Part shown: piece by piece, positions 50,894 to 62,014 of the stretch | Numbering within the stretch: position 1 is the stretch's first letter | Layout: every line of letters begins with the position of its first letter | Source: Malacoraja senta | Lineage: Eukaryota | Direction of reading: 5' to 3' | DNA length: 64,000 nucleotides | Assembly (NCBI GenBank): GCA_038087875.1 | Contig: CM075993.1 | Coordinates: 6,450,001 to 6,514,000 of the forward strand | Made by a program: the position numbers and the translations under genes | The notes under the pieces: model-generated | What the model was told of the DNA's origin: nothing | Seen by the model: the letters and a program-made list of their open reading frames with translations, nothing else | Database searches by the model: none

Positions 50894-52244
50894 CTGTGGA
50901 GACAAGAGATCAGAGTCCATGACGTCCCACACAAAGGGTTCTGAGGGTGTACGGAACGAGCTGCCAGAGGAGGTCGTTAAGGCACGGACCATCCCAACGT
51001 TGAAGAAACAGTTAGACAGGTACATGGATAGGGCAGGTTTGGAGGGATATGGACCAAACGCAGGCAGGTGGGACTAATGTAGCTGGGACATGTTGGCTGA
51101 TGTGGGCAAGTTGTGTCGAAGGGCCTGTTTCCACGCTGTGTCACTCTATGACTGTAGGGCATGGACATTTAGCCCAGGAAAGGTGGGATGGAGAGTCTCT
51201 TCCCATCAGGAGGCCTGGATAGAGCGTATGTTTTGGTCACCATGTTATAGGAAAGATGCAGTCTAGCTTGAAAGGCTTCAGAGAAGATTTGTCAGGATGT
51301 TGCCAGGACCCGAGGACTGAGCTAGTTGGAGAGGTTGAGCAGGGTAGGATTCTATTCCTTGGAGCGCTGGAGGATGAGGTGTGATCTTATGGAGGTGTAG
51401 AAAATCATGAGAGGAATAGATCGGGTAAACGCACATCCTTTTGCCAGTGTAGTGGAATCAAGAACCAGAGGACATAGGTTTAAGGTGAATGGGGAGGAGG
51501 GGTGAGGAGAAAGAATTAATGGGAACCTGAGGGGTAACTTTTTTTACACAAAGGGTGGTGGGAATATGCAATGAGCTGTCAGGGGAGGTATTGAAGCAGG
51601 GACTATCTCAACATATGAGACAATTAGACAGGTATGTGTATAAGGTAGGTTTAGAGCGATATGGGTCAAAAGCAGGCAGGTGGGGCTAATGTAGATGGGG
51701 CATGTTGTTCGGTGTGGGAAAGTTGGGCTGAAGGGCCTATTTCCAAGCTGTATGACTCAATGAAGAGAGGATGTTTCCAATAGTGGGAGAGTCTGGGACC
51801 AGACGGCACAGCCTCAGAATAAGAAGACGTATCTGTCAAAAGGAGACGAGGAGGAATATTTCATTGGCCAGAAGAAGGTAAATCTGTGTAATTCATTGTC
51901 ACAGACAGCTGTGGAGGCCAAGTCATTGGGTATTTTTAAAGCGGAGATTGATAGGTTCTTGAGGAAAGATAGATCGGCCATGAGCAAATGTTGGAGTAGA
52001 CTCAATGGCCAAAAGGCTTATTTCTGTTCCGATGTCTTTATAGGACTGGGTCACGGCATCTTGTTCAGTCCAGAAATTGTGTGTGGAAGGGTGTGGTCTT
52101 ATGCTATACTGTTCTATTTCTAGGCAAGGACTTTACGATGAGATGAGCGACCACACAGTGTAAACACACAGTGTTGATGGTGATAGATGGAGAAGGATTC
52201 ACAATCTAACTGGAACGGGCAGAAAACCAGGCCCCAGCGTGGAA

Positions 52245-53467
52245 GTCACACTCACCTTACACAACTCGGGGAAGGTGACACACTCGCCTTTACACACTCA
52301 GGCAAGGTGACACTCACCTTTCAAACCCAGGCAAGGTGACACAACCACCTTACACACTCAGAGACGGAGGCACACTCAGGGTTGGGGACATACCCACCTC
52401 ACACACTCAGGCAGGGAGACACACTCACCTTACACACTTGATGCAGAGGTCACACTCACCATGTACACTCAGGCAAGGAGACACACCGAGCACACTCAGG
52501 AAAAAAGACGCGAGTACCTTACACACTCAGGTGAGGAGACACGCCCACCTTGCACATCTGTGCAAGGAGACACATCTTACACACTCAGGCAAAGAGGCAC
52601 GCCCACCTTACACATACAAGGAGAGACACACCATACACACACAGCCACGGGGGCACACTCACCTTACATACTCAGTCATGGGCACACACCTTACACAGGG
52701 AAGGATACACACCCACCGCACACACTCAGTGAAGGACACACCCATCTTACACAATTGGGAAAGGTGGCACACCCACATTACACACAGGCAATGAGACACA
52801 CCCACCTTACACACTCGGACAAGGACACACCCACTTTACGCGCTTGGGCAAGACATGCTCATCTACCTTGCACACTTGGAGAAGGGGACACACCCACCTT
52901 GCACACTCAGGGAAGGGGACACACCCACCTTGCACACTCGGGGAAGGGGACACACCCACCTTGCACACTCGGGGAAGGGGACACACCCACCTTGCACACT
53001 CAGGGAAGGGGACACACCCACCTTGCACACTCGGGGAAGGGGACACACCCACCTTGCACACTTGGGAAAGGGGACACACCCACCTTGCACACTCGGGGAA
53101 GGGGACACACCCACCTTGCACACTTGGGAAAGGGGACACACCCACCTTGCACACTCGGGGAAGGGGACACACCCACCTTGCACACTTGGGAAAGGGGACA
53201 CACCCACCTTGCACACTCGGGGAAGAGGACACACCCACCTTGCACACTTGGGAAAGGGGACACACCCACCTTGCACACTCGGGGAAGGGGACACACCCAC
53301 CTTGCACACTTGGGAAAGGGGACACACCCACCTTGCACACTCGGGGAAGGGGACACACCACCTTGCACACTTGGGAAAGGGGACACACCCACCTTGCACA
53401 CTCGGGGAAGGGGACACACCACCTTGCACACTCGGGGAAGGGGACACACCCACCTTGCACACTCGGG
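52245..53467. repeat. 31-bp minisatellite: 20 near-identical units at 52866-53467, degenerate units at 52245-52865
   Basis: Unit ccttgcacactcggggaaggggacacaccca; two 30-bp variants; alternating tcgggg/ttggga higher-order pattern. Confidence 0.97.
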
Positions 53468-53575
53468 CGATGTGGGAAATCCATGGATCAACATCAGGAT
53501 CGTTCTGTGAATTCCTTTCTCGGAAGAACATGTAAATCAGGTCTCCCACCGGAGACATTCCCACAAAACTGGGAT
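53454..53575 (-). CDS. SEMA7A: SEMA7A-like coding exon (~exon 7)
   Basis: ttcag|(D)PSFVGMSPVGDLIYMFFRERNSQNDPDVDPWISHIARVCK|gtgggt; 122 bp; Sema-domain IYxFFRE...SxxAxxC motif. Confidence 0.92.
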
Positions 53576-54510
53576 CTGAAGGGAAGGAAGCAGGAATACA
53601 GATCATTGGTGCGGTGAACGCTGGGAGAGGAGGGTCTGGTGAGGACCAGGGAACTTAGTTCAGTTTAGCGATACAGTGTAGAAACAGGCCCTTCAGCCCA
53701 CCGAGTCCGGGCCGACCAACAATCTCCCGTGCACTAGCGCTATCCTATCCTTACAGAGGCCACTTAAGCTAGAAACCCTCACGTCTTTGGAGTGCGGGAG
53801 GAAACTGGAGCACCCGGAGAAAACCCACATGGACACAGAGAGAACGTGCAAACTCCTTACAGGCAGCACCCGTAACCAGGATCGAACCCGGGTCTCAGGC
53901 GCTGTAAGGCAGCAACTCTACCGCTACGCTGCCCAAGGAAGTGCAGATTCTGGTTTACTAAAAAAGACCCAAAGTGCTGGAGCAACTCAGCGGGTTAGAC
54001 AGCATCTATGGAGAACATGGTAAGGTGAGGTCTGAAGAGGGGTCCCGACCCAAAACGTCACCTATTTATGTTCTGCAGAGATGCTGCCTGACCCGCTGAG
54101 TTACTCCAGCACTTTGTGCCTTTTTTTTTTGTAAACCAGCATCCGCAGTTCCTTGTTTCTGTAAATATGGAAAGGCCACATTTCAGGTCAGGACCCTTCT
54201 TCAGGTCTTCAATGAGAACCTGCATTTATATAGTGCCTTTCGTCAACTCAAAAGGCACTATATAACGCTTCAAACCTCCGTGTATACTTGTTGTATGGGA
54301 AATGCGATGGTTTACCGATGAGGAAGTCCAGTTGCATCATCTGCACCCAAAAGGTCTACTGACCAATTCCCTTCTCAGATGCTCTCTGACCTGCTGAGTT
54401 CCTCCAGCACCGTTCCCCTATTTTGCTGGTATTTTGGTAATATCTAACTTGCAAAGATTTCCAACCGCTCTGAAGCACGCGTTTGCATTTCTCGAATTCT
54501 TTGTGACTAA

Positions 54511-54926
54511 AGGGCCTGTCCCACTTGCATGCGATTGCGTGCGTAGTTCACGCGAAGTTCGCGCTAAGTACGCGCTAACTTTGTGCGTGACGTCATTTAC
54601 ATTATGCTTATCAATCAGCTGGGCAGGAGGCGGGCCGACTGAATTTGGGCGTCGCACGGCGTCGGGCAGTGACGTCATCACACAATGCCATGCCGGGCGG
54701 TGACGTCCTCACGCAACGCCACGCGCTAGGCATACGCCGTCAAGATGCTGCGTACGACGTCAAGACGCTGCGTACGACCGCAATGCGCCTGCGTGCCGAC
54801 AGCCCCGTACAACTCCGCGCTTCTAAGTGGGACTGGCCCCGCGCGGCCATACGGTGCCTGTACGCCTCAAGCGATCACGAGGTTGCGTAATTTGCGAGCC
54901 AAGGTTGCGTAAGTGGGACAGGCCCT
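54511..54926. mobile_element. PIF/Harbinger-like MITE, 416 bp, CpG-rich
   Basis: TIR agggcctgtcccactt; TSD TAA/TAA; extra internal TIR-like copy at 54824-54840. Confidence 0.88.
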
Positions 54927-55459
54927 TAACGATCTGGCTAACAATGAGCCCTTTCAATCTGAGCAACTCAGCGGGGCAGTTAACATCTCTGGAGAAAAGG
55001 ATCCAGTCTGAATAAGGGTCTCGACCCAAAACATCGCCTATTCCTTTTCTCCAGAAATGCTGCCTGACCCGCTGGGTGTATGGAACAAGCTGCCAGAGGA
55101 GGTAGTTGAGGCTGGGACTATCCCAACATTTAAGGAACAGTTAGACAGTTACACGGATAGGACAGGTTTGGAGGGATATGGACCAAACACAGGCAGGTGA
55201 GACTCGTGTTGCTGGGACATTTTGGCCAGTGTGGACCAGTTGGGCCGAAGGGCCTGTTTCCACACTGTATCACTCTGTGACTCAATGTCTCTGTATGCAG
55301 TTCCTTCTTTCACATGAAACTTAAGTCCTTGGTTCAGAAGTGAAGGGGCTGTCCCACTTGGGCAACCTAATCAGCGATTTCAGGCGAGTTTGCCCTTGAC
55401 TCATACTCGGAGCATGGTCGACACGAGGTTGTAGGAGGTCTTTGTAACTCTCCTTCATG

Positions 55460-56235
55460 CTCCATGGAGGAAATCCCCCATGGAGCCCGTGGACAGCGCA
55501 TAGTCCCTTTCCAAAACCACCCGGGCGCGGACGTAACCCCGGAAAAGGGGCAGGCTGCCGGCTCTGGCAGAGCCCTCTTCCGCCTGGCGCCGTGACTCGC
55601 GGATGGCCAGCTTGGCCAGGCCCAGGAGCAACCCAACCAGGACATCTTCAGCCCTACCCTCTTCCCTACGCACAGGGTGTCCAAAGATGAGGATGGTGGG
55701 TGGGAAATGCAGCCAGAAGGCAAGGAGCAGCCCCTTTCGATATTGGAACAGGGGCTGCAGCCTCACACACTCCACATACACGTGGTACACAGACTCTTCC
55801 AACCCGCAAAAGTGGCAGGCGGCTGGCGAGTCTGTGAACCGCGAGAGAAACAGGTTGCAGGGAACACCTCGGTGCAATAACCTCCACCCCAGGTCCCCAA
55901 TGTAGAGGGGGAGAATCCCTGCGTAGAGGGACCCCCACCGGGGGCCCCCTCGTGACCGGAAGGCAACACCGACTTGGTGTCCGGACGGTGGACCAGGGCG
56001 AGGAAGTGCAGGGTGTGGAGGAGGAGCCCGTACAGGACACGCCTCCCTGCGTCTCGGAGGGAGATGAACGGGGCCGAGGAAAGGTGGCTCAAGTAGTGCG
56101 GGACCGGGTCCTGGGAAGGATTATGGCGCCTGGATCCGACGAGTACTTCCAGCTGAGCGGGGGTTTGCTCACGCGTTCGAGCCTCCCCGACACCCGGTGG
56201 GGCGGGACAAGGGCTGGCCGCTCTCACGACCGGTG
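55460..56235 (-). mobile_element. Tx1-like LINE ORF2 C-terminal fragment; 3' end of the same family at 13019-13310
   Basis: GC-rich; CHFCGLEESVYHVYVECVRL zinc knuckle, LLLGLAKLAI; shares cccgtggacagcg.tagtccct with 13228-13250. Confidence 0.75.
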
Positions 56236-57711
56236 GAGGGGAATATATTCCCTTGATGGTGAGGCGGTCAGTACCTGTGATGGACCAGGCAGTGTCCACC
56301 ACTCTCTGTAATCTCCTTTGTTCCTGGGCATCCGAGTTGTCAAACCAAGTTGTGGTGCAACCAGTCACGATGGTCTCTATTGAACAGCTGAGCTACAGTT
56401 GATCAACAACAGCAACAGGCTAGGGCGGTCACGGTGGCGCAGCGGTACAGTGCCGGATACACGGGTTCGATCCCGACTACGGGTGCTGTCTGTACGGAGT
56501 TTGTACGTTCCCCCCGTGACCGCGTGGGTTTTCTCCGAGATCTTCAGTTTCCTCCCACACTCCAAAGACGTACAGGTTTGCAGGTAAATGTCAAAATTGT
56601 CCCTGGAGTGTGTGGGATAGTGTTAATGTGCGGGGATCGCTGGTCGGTATGGACTTGGTGGGCCGAAGGGACTGTTTCAGCCCTACATCTCTAAACTAAA
56701 TTGAGTTCATCCAAGATGACATAATGTGTGGTCTTCCCCATGTGGGACTGACGTCCGGTGCTAACCCTCACAGCTCCGTGGCAATGAATTATCTGAAGCT
56801 TTTAACAGCCGAGCCTTGGTTGTCTCAGGTTTGGTTCCATTCCAGCTGAAATTCTTTGTCCATAGATATGTTTCGACAGACTTCCTCTTAGTGGAAGAAA
56901 CTGAACCATGACAGTTCCTTAACAATAAATCGACTACAAGTGAAGGCGTGTTTCGATTCCTGCTACATTAGTGAGTTTTGGAGAACCCCAGTCACCAGCT
57001 TATTCTGCACAAAGAGCAGCCGGAAGTTGAGTTTAGTTTTAATTTAGTTTAGAGAAACAGCGTGGAAACAAGCCCTTCAGCCCACCGAGTCCGCACCGAC
57101 CAGCGATCCCCGCACATTAACACTATCCTACATACACTAGGGACAATTTACACATACACCAGGCCAATTCACCTACAAACCTGTACGTCTTTGGAGTGTG
57201 GGAGGAAACGGAAGATCTCGGAGAAAACCCACGCAGGTCACGGGGAGAACGTACAAACTCCGTACAGACAGCATCCGTAGCCGGGATCGAACCCGGGTCT
57301 CCGGCGCTGCAAGCGGTGTAAGGCAGCAACTCTACCGCTGTTACACCAAGGCTCTGTACAACTGCAAAAGGACCTCTTTGCTCCTATACTCAAATTCTCT
57401 CGTTATGCACGTCAACATGCCAATAGCTTTCTTCACTGCCTACTGTACCTGCATTCTTACTTTCAGTGACTGATGTACAAGGACACCCAGGTCTCGTTGC
57501 ACTTCCCCTTTTCTTAATCTGACACCATTCAGATAATAATCTGCCTTCCCGTTCTTGCCACCAAAGTGGATAACCTCACATTTATCCACATTAAACTGCA
57601 TCTGCCATGCATCTGCCCACTCACGCAACCTATCCAAGTCACCCTGCATCCTCAAAGCATCCTCTTCACAATTCACACTGCCACCCAGCTTTGTGTCATC
57701 TGCAAATTTGG

Positions 57712-60700
57712 ATGTCTTGAACATACCAATTTATTATTCTTAAAGTCACATACACTGAAGTTCACTGATCTGGTTAAATTTAAGACTGAGCAAATCATGT
57801 ACAAAGCAAGAAATAATTTACTTCCAAGAAATATACAAAAACTGTTTATGGAAAGACAGGGTGGGTATAATTTGAGAGGGGAACATAATTTTAAAAAACT
57901 CAATGTCAGAACAACTCTTAAAAGTAGGTGCATAGCAATCTGTGGGGTGAATTTGTGGAATGGTCTGCAACAGGAGATAAAACTTAGCACAAACATAATT
58001 CAGTTTAAAAAGATGTCCAAAGACACTTTTTTTAAAGGATATTGGGATGAGGATAGGTGATTGTGAGTGGGATATTTGTTATACTGATTGTATTGGGAAG
58101 GGTGATTATAGGGTGATGGGTTGTATATATGACTAAGAGATTATAGTATATGAGGGTTTTTTCTTTTCTTTTTTCTTTTTTTCTCTCTTTTTTGTATGTT
58201 TTGGTAAATATTTGATTAGTGTATAAATGTAAATAATTTGGTGTACATATGGCTGCTGGTGTACATATGGTGTACATATAGCTGCTAAATCTGTATAAGA
58301 TAATTATTATTATTATTTTAAAAAAAATTATTTATTAGAAGTACATTACATTACAACCGCATACATTAGTACTCGTCATTTATATCTTCTTACAATTAAT
58401 GTACTCCATTTATTTTTTACACTAGAAAAGGAAAAGATTGAAAGAAAGAAGAAAGTGAAGGAAAAAGTGAGAGTGTAGAAAATGTGACAACAAAAAAGGA
58501 CAAAGACCCTATAAGAGCAAAATTAAAAACAAAAGACAAAGAGTTAAGAAATAGACCCTAGAAAAGAAAGAGAAAGAGAAAGAGGAAAAAGAGAGAAACA
58601 AATATTTTTTTGAGCATTACGTAAATGGGACATACCAACTCTTCAACTAGCATCCCCCCTTACCTGACCTCAATTTTTTTTTTTAAGTACTTTTGCACCC
58701 TATTTTTGTAATAATTCTATAAATGCAGACCACGTCAGGTGGAAATGATCTGGTTTACCTGCTAGGAGGAGTCTTATCTCTTCTAGGTGTAATGTTTCAA
58801 ACATATTTGAAATCCACATATTTATAGTTGGTATTGGAGCCTTCTTCCAAAATTTTAGAATTAGCTTTTTTCCAGTTATTAACCCATAGTCCATTAGTTT
58901 CTTTTGAAACACATTTAGTTCTGGACCATCTTCCGTTATTCCGAAGATAAACCATTCTGCTTTGGGTATCAGTCTTGTTTTAAATAACTTTGTAAAGATT
59001 TCAAAAATGTCATTCCAAAATTTTTGAATTTTTGTACAGAAAACGTATGAGTGCGCTATAGTAGCTTCTTGGGATTGACATTTATCACAAATAGATGATA
59101 CATTTGGGAAAATTTTATGAATTGTAGTTTTCGAATAATATAATCTATGTAAAATTTTAAATTGTATTAAAGTATGTCTTACATTAATCGAGCATTTATG
59201 CACGTTTAATAAGTGTTCATTCCAACTTTCCTTTGAAATTTTAATAGCTAACTCTTGTTCCCAGTCTCTTCTGATACCCTCCGTAGATGGTATTTGTACA
59301 TTTAAGATAATATTATACAAATATGATATTAAGTTTGCTGACTCCGCTTTTATCTGCATTGCCTCGTTCAATACATCTACTGGGTTATTATAATGATCTT
59401 TTGTATATTTTTTCAAATAATCGCATATTTGAAAATATTTAAAATATTGATTATTTCCGAGTTTATATTTTATTTGTAATTGTTGAAATGAAAGTAATTT
59501 TCCAGTTTCATACAAGTCACCAAGCGTTTTAATTCCTAGTCTATCCCAATGTGTAAAAGCTTTATCTATAATAGAAGGATTAAACGAAGGGTTATTAACT
59601 ATAGGTAATAAAAGTGATAAATTTCTTAATTTTAAATTTTGTTTTATTTGTTTCCAAATTCGGATTGTACTATGAATAATTGGGTTCTTATTATAATTTA
59701 TGTTATTCAATTTCATTGGAGAAAGGAGGATCACTCCAATGTTTCTAGAGGAGCAATCCTCTTTCTCCATTACAATCCAGTCCACTTGCTGGGCGGAGTT
59801 ATCCATCAGTTGAATCATATTTTTAATATTTACTGACCAATAATAATACATAAAGTTAGGTAGTGCTAAACCCCCTAATACTTTAGGTTTATTCAGATGA
59901 GTTTTTTGTATTCTATGTGATTTATAGTCCCATATAAAATTAGTGATATCTGAGTCGAGTTTTAAAAAAAACTTCTTTGGTAAGTATATAGGAATTGATT
60001 GAAATAGGTATAAAATTTGTGGTAGAAAGATCATTTTTATTGCATTTATTCGGCCTATTAAAGACATCGGGAGCGTTTTCCAGAATTTAATTAGTGTGTT
60101 TAATTTATTAAGTAGGGGGTCAAAATTTGCCCTAAACATACCTTGATATGTTCTGGTAATTTCGATTCCCAAGTATTTAAATTTTTCTGTAGCTATTTTA
60201 AAAGGGAATTTTAAAAGATGTGTTGAATCTTTCAGTTTTATTGACATAATTTCACTTTTATTCCAATTTATTCTATATCCAGAAAAAGATCCAAAGTCTT
60301 CAATTAAATTTAATATATTTGGTATAGTGATTTGAGGTTTTGTAATGTACAGTAATATATCATCCGCGTATAAAGATATTTTATTATATGAGTCTTTAGT
60401 ATTATATCCATGGATATCAGGGTGTATTCTAATTCTTTCTGCTAGTGGTTCAATAATGAGAGCAAACAGCTGTGGTGATAATGAGCATCCTTGTCTATTT
60501 CCCCTTGATAGTTGGAATTTCGAGGATAATATGTTATTAGTTAGTATTCTAGCTGTACGTTTGTTATATAGTAATTTGATCCATAGAATAAAATTCTCCC
60601 CCAATTGAATTTTTGTAATACTTTGTCCATATAATTCCATTCTACTTGATCAAATGCTTTTTCAGCATCCAGTGAAATAATTGATAATTCTTGTTCTTCA

Positions 60701-60985
60701 GATTTGTGTGAGTGCATTATGTTGAGTAGACGTCTTATATTGTTAGATGAATATTGTATAAGATAATTATAAGCAGTTGAATAAGGGATGGGAATTAATA
60801 AGCTTTGGCTTCTTCCTGCTCCTTTTCGGACACATACGATTTCATTTATTTAGATATTGTTTATGACACTTTATAAATATTCATGTTTTGTTTTTTGTAT
60901 GCTGTTTCACACTTGCTTTTTATTCTTTTATTCTGTTCGAAATAAATAAATAAATAAATAAATAGATAAATAAATAAATAAGATT
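57712..60985 (+). mobile_element. L2/Crack-like LINE 3' end (57712-58307 plus 60755-60985) split by L1
   Basis: EHTNLLF...IMYKARNNLLP..IQKLF...YNLRG...GVNLWN...QFKK; (aaat)n tail. Confidence 0.7.
58308..60754 (-). mobile_element. L1-clade LINE ORF2 3' half, 5'-truncated, 16-bp TSD
   Basis: SLDAEKAFD, RGNRQGCSLSP, YADD, FKYLG, C-terminal Cys knuckle; 646-codon open frame; TSD tgtataagataattat at 58292-58307 and 60755-60770. Confidence 0.93.
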
Positions 60986-61713
60986 AGCCAATGTTACTTT
61001 TAATTCCTTTATCCAAATCATTAATATATATTGTGAATAGCTGCAGTCCCAGCACCGAGCCTTGCGGCACCCCACAAGTCACCACCTGCCATTCTGAAAG
61101 GGAACTGTTAATTCCTACTCTTTGCTTCCTGTCTGCCATCCAGTTCTCTATTCATGTCAATACCCTAACCCCAATACCATGTGCTCTAATTTTGCCCACT
61201 AATCTCCTGGGACCTTGTCAAAGGCTTTCTGAAAGTCCAGGTACACTCCATCCACTGTCTCTCCCTTATCCATTTTACTTGTCACAGTAAACTCCATGAA
61301 ATTTTTGTTTTAACACATAGAAGGGTGGCCCAATGGTGCTTGTCTGTACAGAGTTTGTACGTTCTCCCCGTGACCACGTGGGTTTTCTCCGGGAGCTCTG
61401 GTTTCCTCACACATTCTAAAGACGTGCAGGTTTGTAGGTAAATTGACTTGGCATGATTGTAAATTGTCCCGAGTGTGTGTAGGATAGTGTGCGTGCGGGG
61501 ATCGCTGGTCGGCGCGGACTCGGTGGGCTGTAGGGCTTGTTTCCGCGCTGTATCTCTAAACTAAATTGAACTAAAATTGTTTCCTTAATTCTTTCATTCA
61601 TTACGGTCTCTCGTTTGTAGGAAGATAAACAGGTCAGGTCACGCGGTGAAGAGTTTGGGGGAGGGGGGACGATGCGTGCTGGAGGAGAGTGGGGATTGGA
61701 ACTTCACGCTTAC

Positions 61714-61824
61714 CGTTCATCCACCTGCTATCAGTTTTTAGCCGCTTGATGTCATCTTTCTTCCTGTAGCCACTGAATGCCAGCTTGTCCCCATCAAGAG
61801 GGGCCGCAGAGTAGATCCTCTGGT
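61714..61824 (-). CDS. SEMA7A: SEMA7A-like coding exon (~exon 6)
   Basis: ctgcag|(D)QRIYSAAPLDGDKLAFSGYRKKDDIKRLKTDSRWMN|gtaagc; 111 bp, phase 1/1. Confidence 0.87.
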
Positions 61825-61911
61825 CTGCAGGGCAAGATAAAAGCACACACACACTCAGTAGATTGCCCCTGGAACTGACGTAATGTTTATTGATGTTGCA
61901 AAGGTACTTAC

Positions 61912-62014
61912 CAACAACTAAAGACGCAAAGCCTTGTCGTGGAGGACTGGGGAGGACATATTGTCCCAAAACACGGTTCTGTCCATTGATAAATGTCACC
62001 AACTCACCGTTATG
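61912..62014 (-). CDS. SEMA7A: SEMA7A-like coding exon (~exon 5)
   Basis: ttacag|HNGELVTFINGQNRVLGQYVLPSPPRQGFASLVV-G|gtaagt; 103 bp, ends phase 1. Confidence 0.85.

Larger units (their letters stand above)
57341..61290 (-). mobile_element. CR1 RT fragment (57341-57711 plus 60990-61290) interrupted by nested L2/Crack and L1 elements
   Basis: KFADDTKL on the left piece and VPQGSVLG/LDFQKAFD on the right piece are contiguous in CR1. Confidence 0.8.

Noticed and set aside
52866..53467. CRISPR-like array, or long repetitive proteins in all six frames
   Set aside because: Units are contiguous with no unique spacers and no cas genes. The ORFs arise from a stop-free 31-bp unit.
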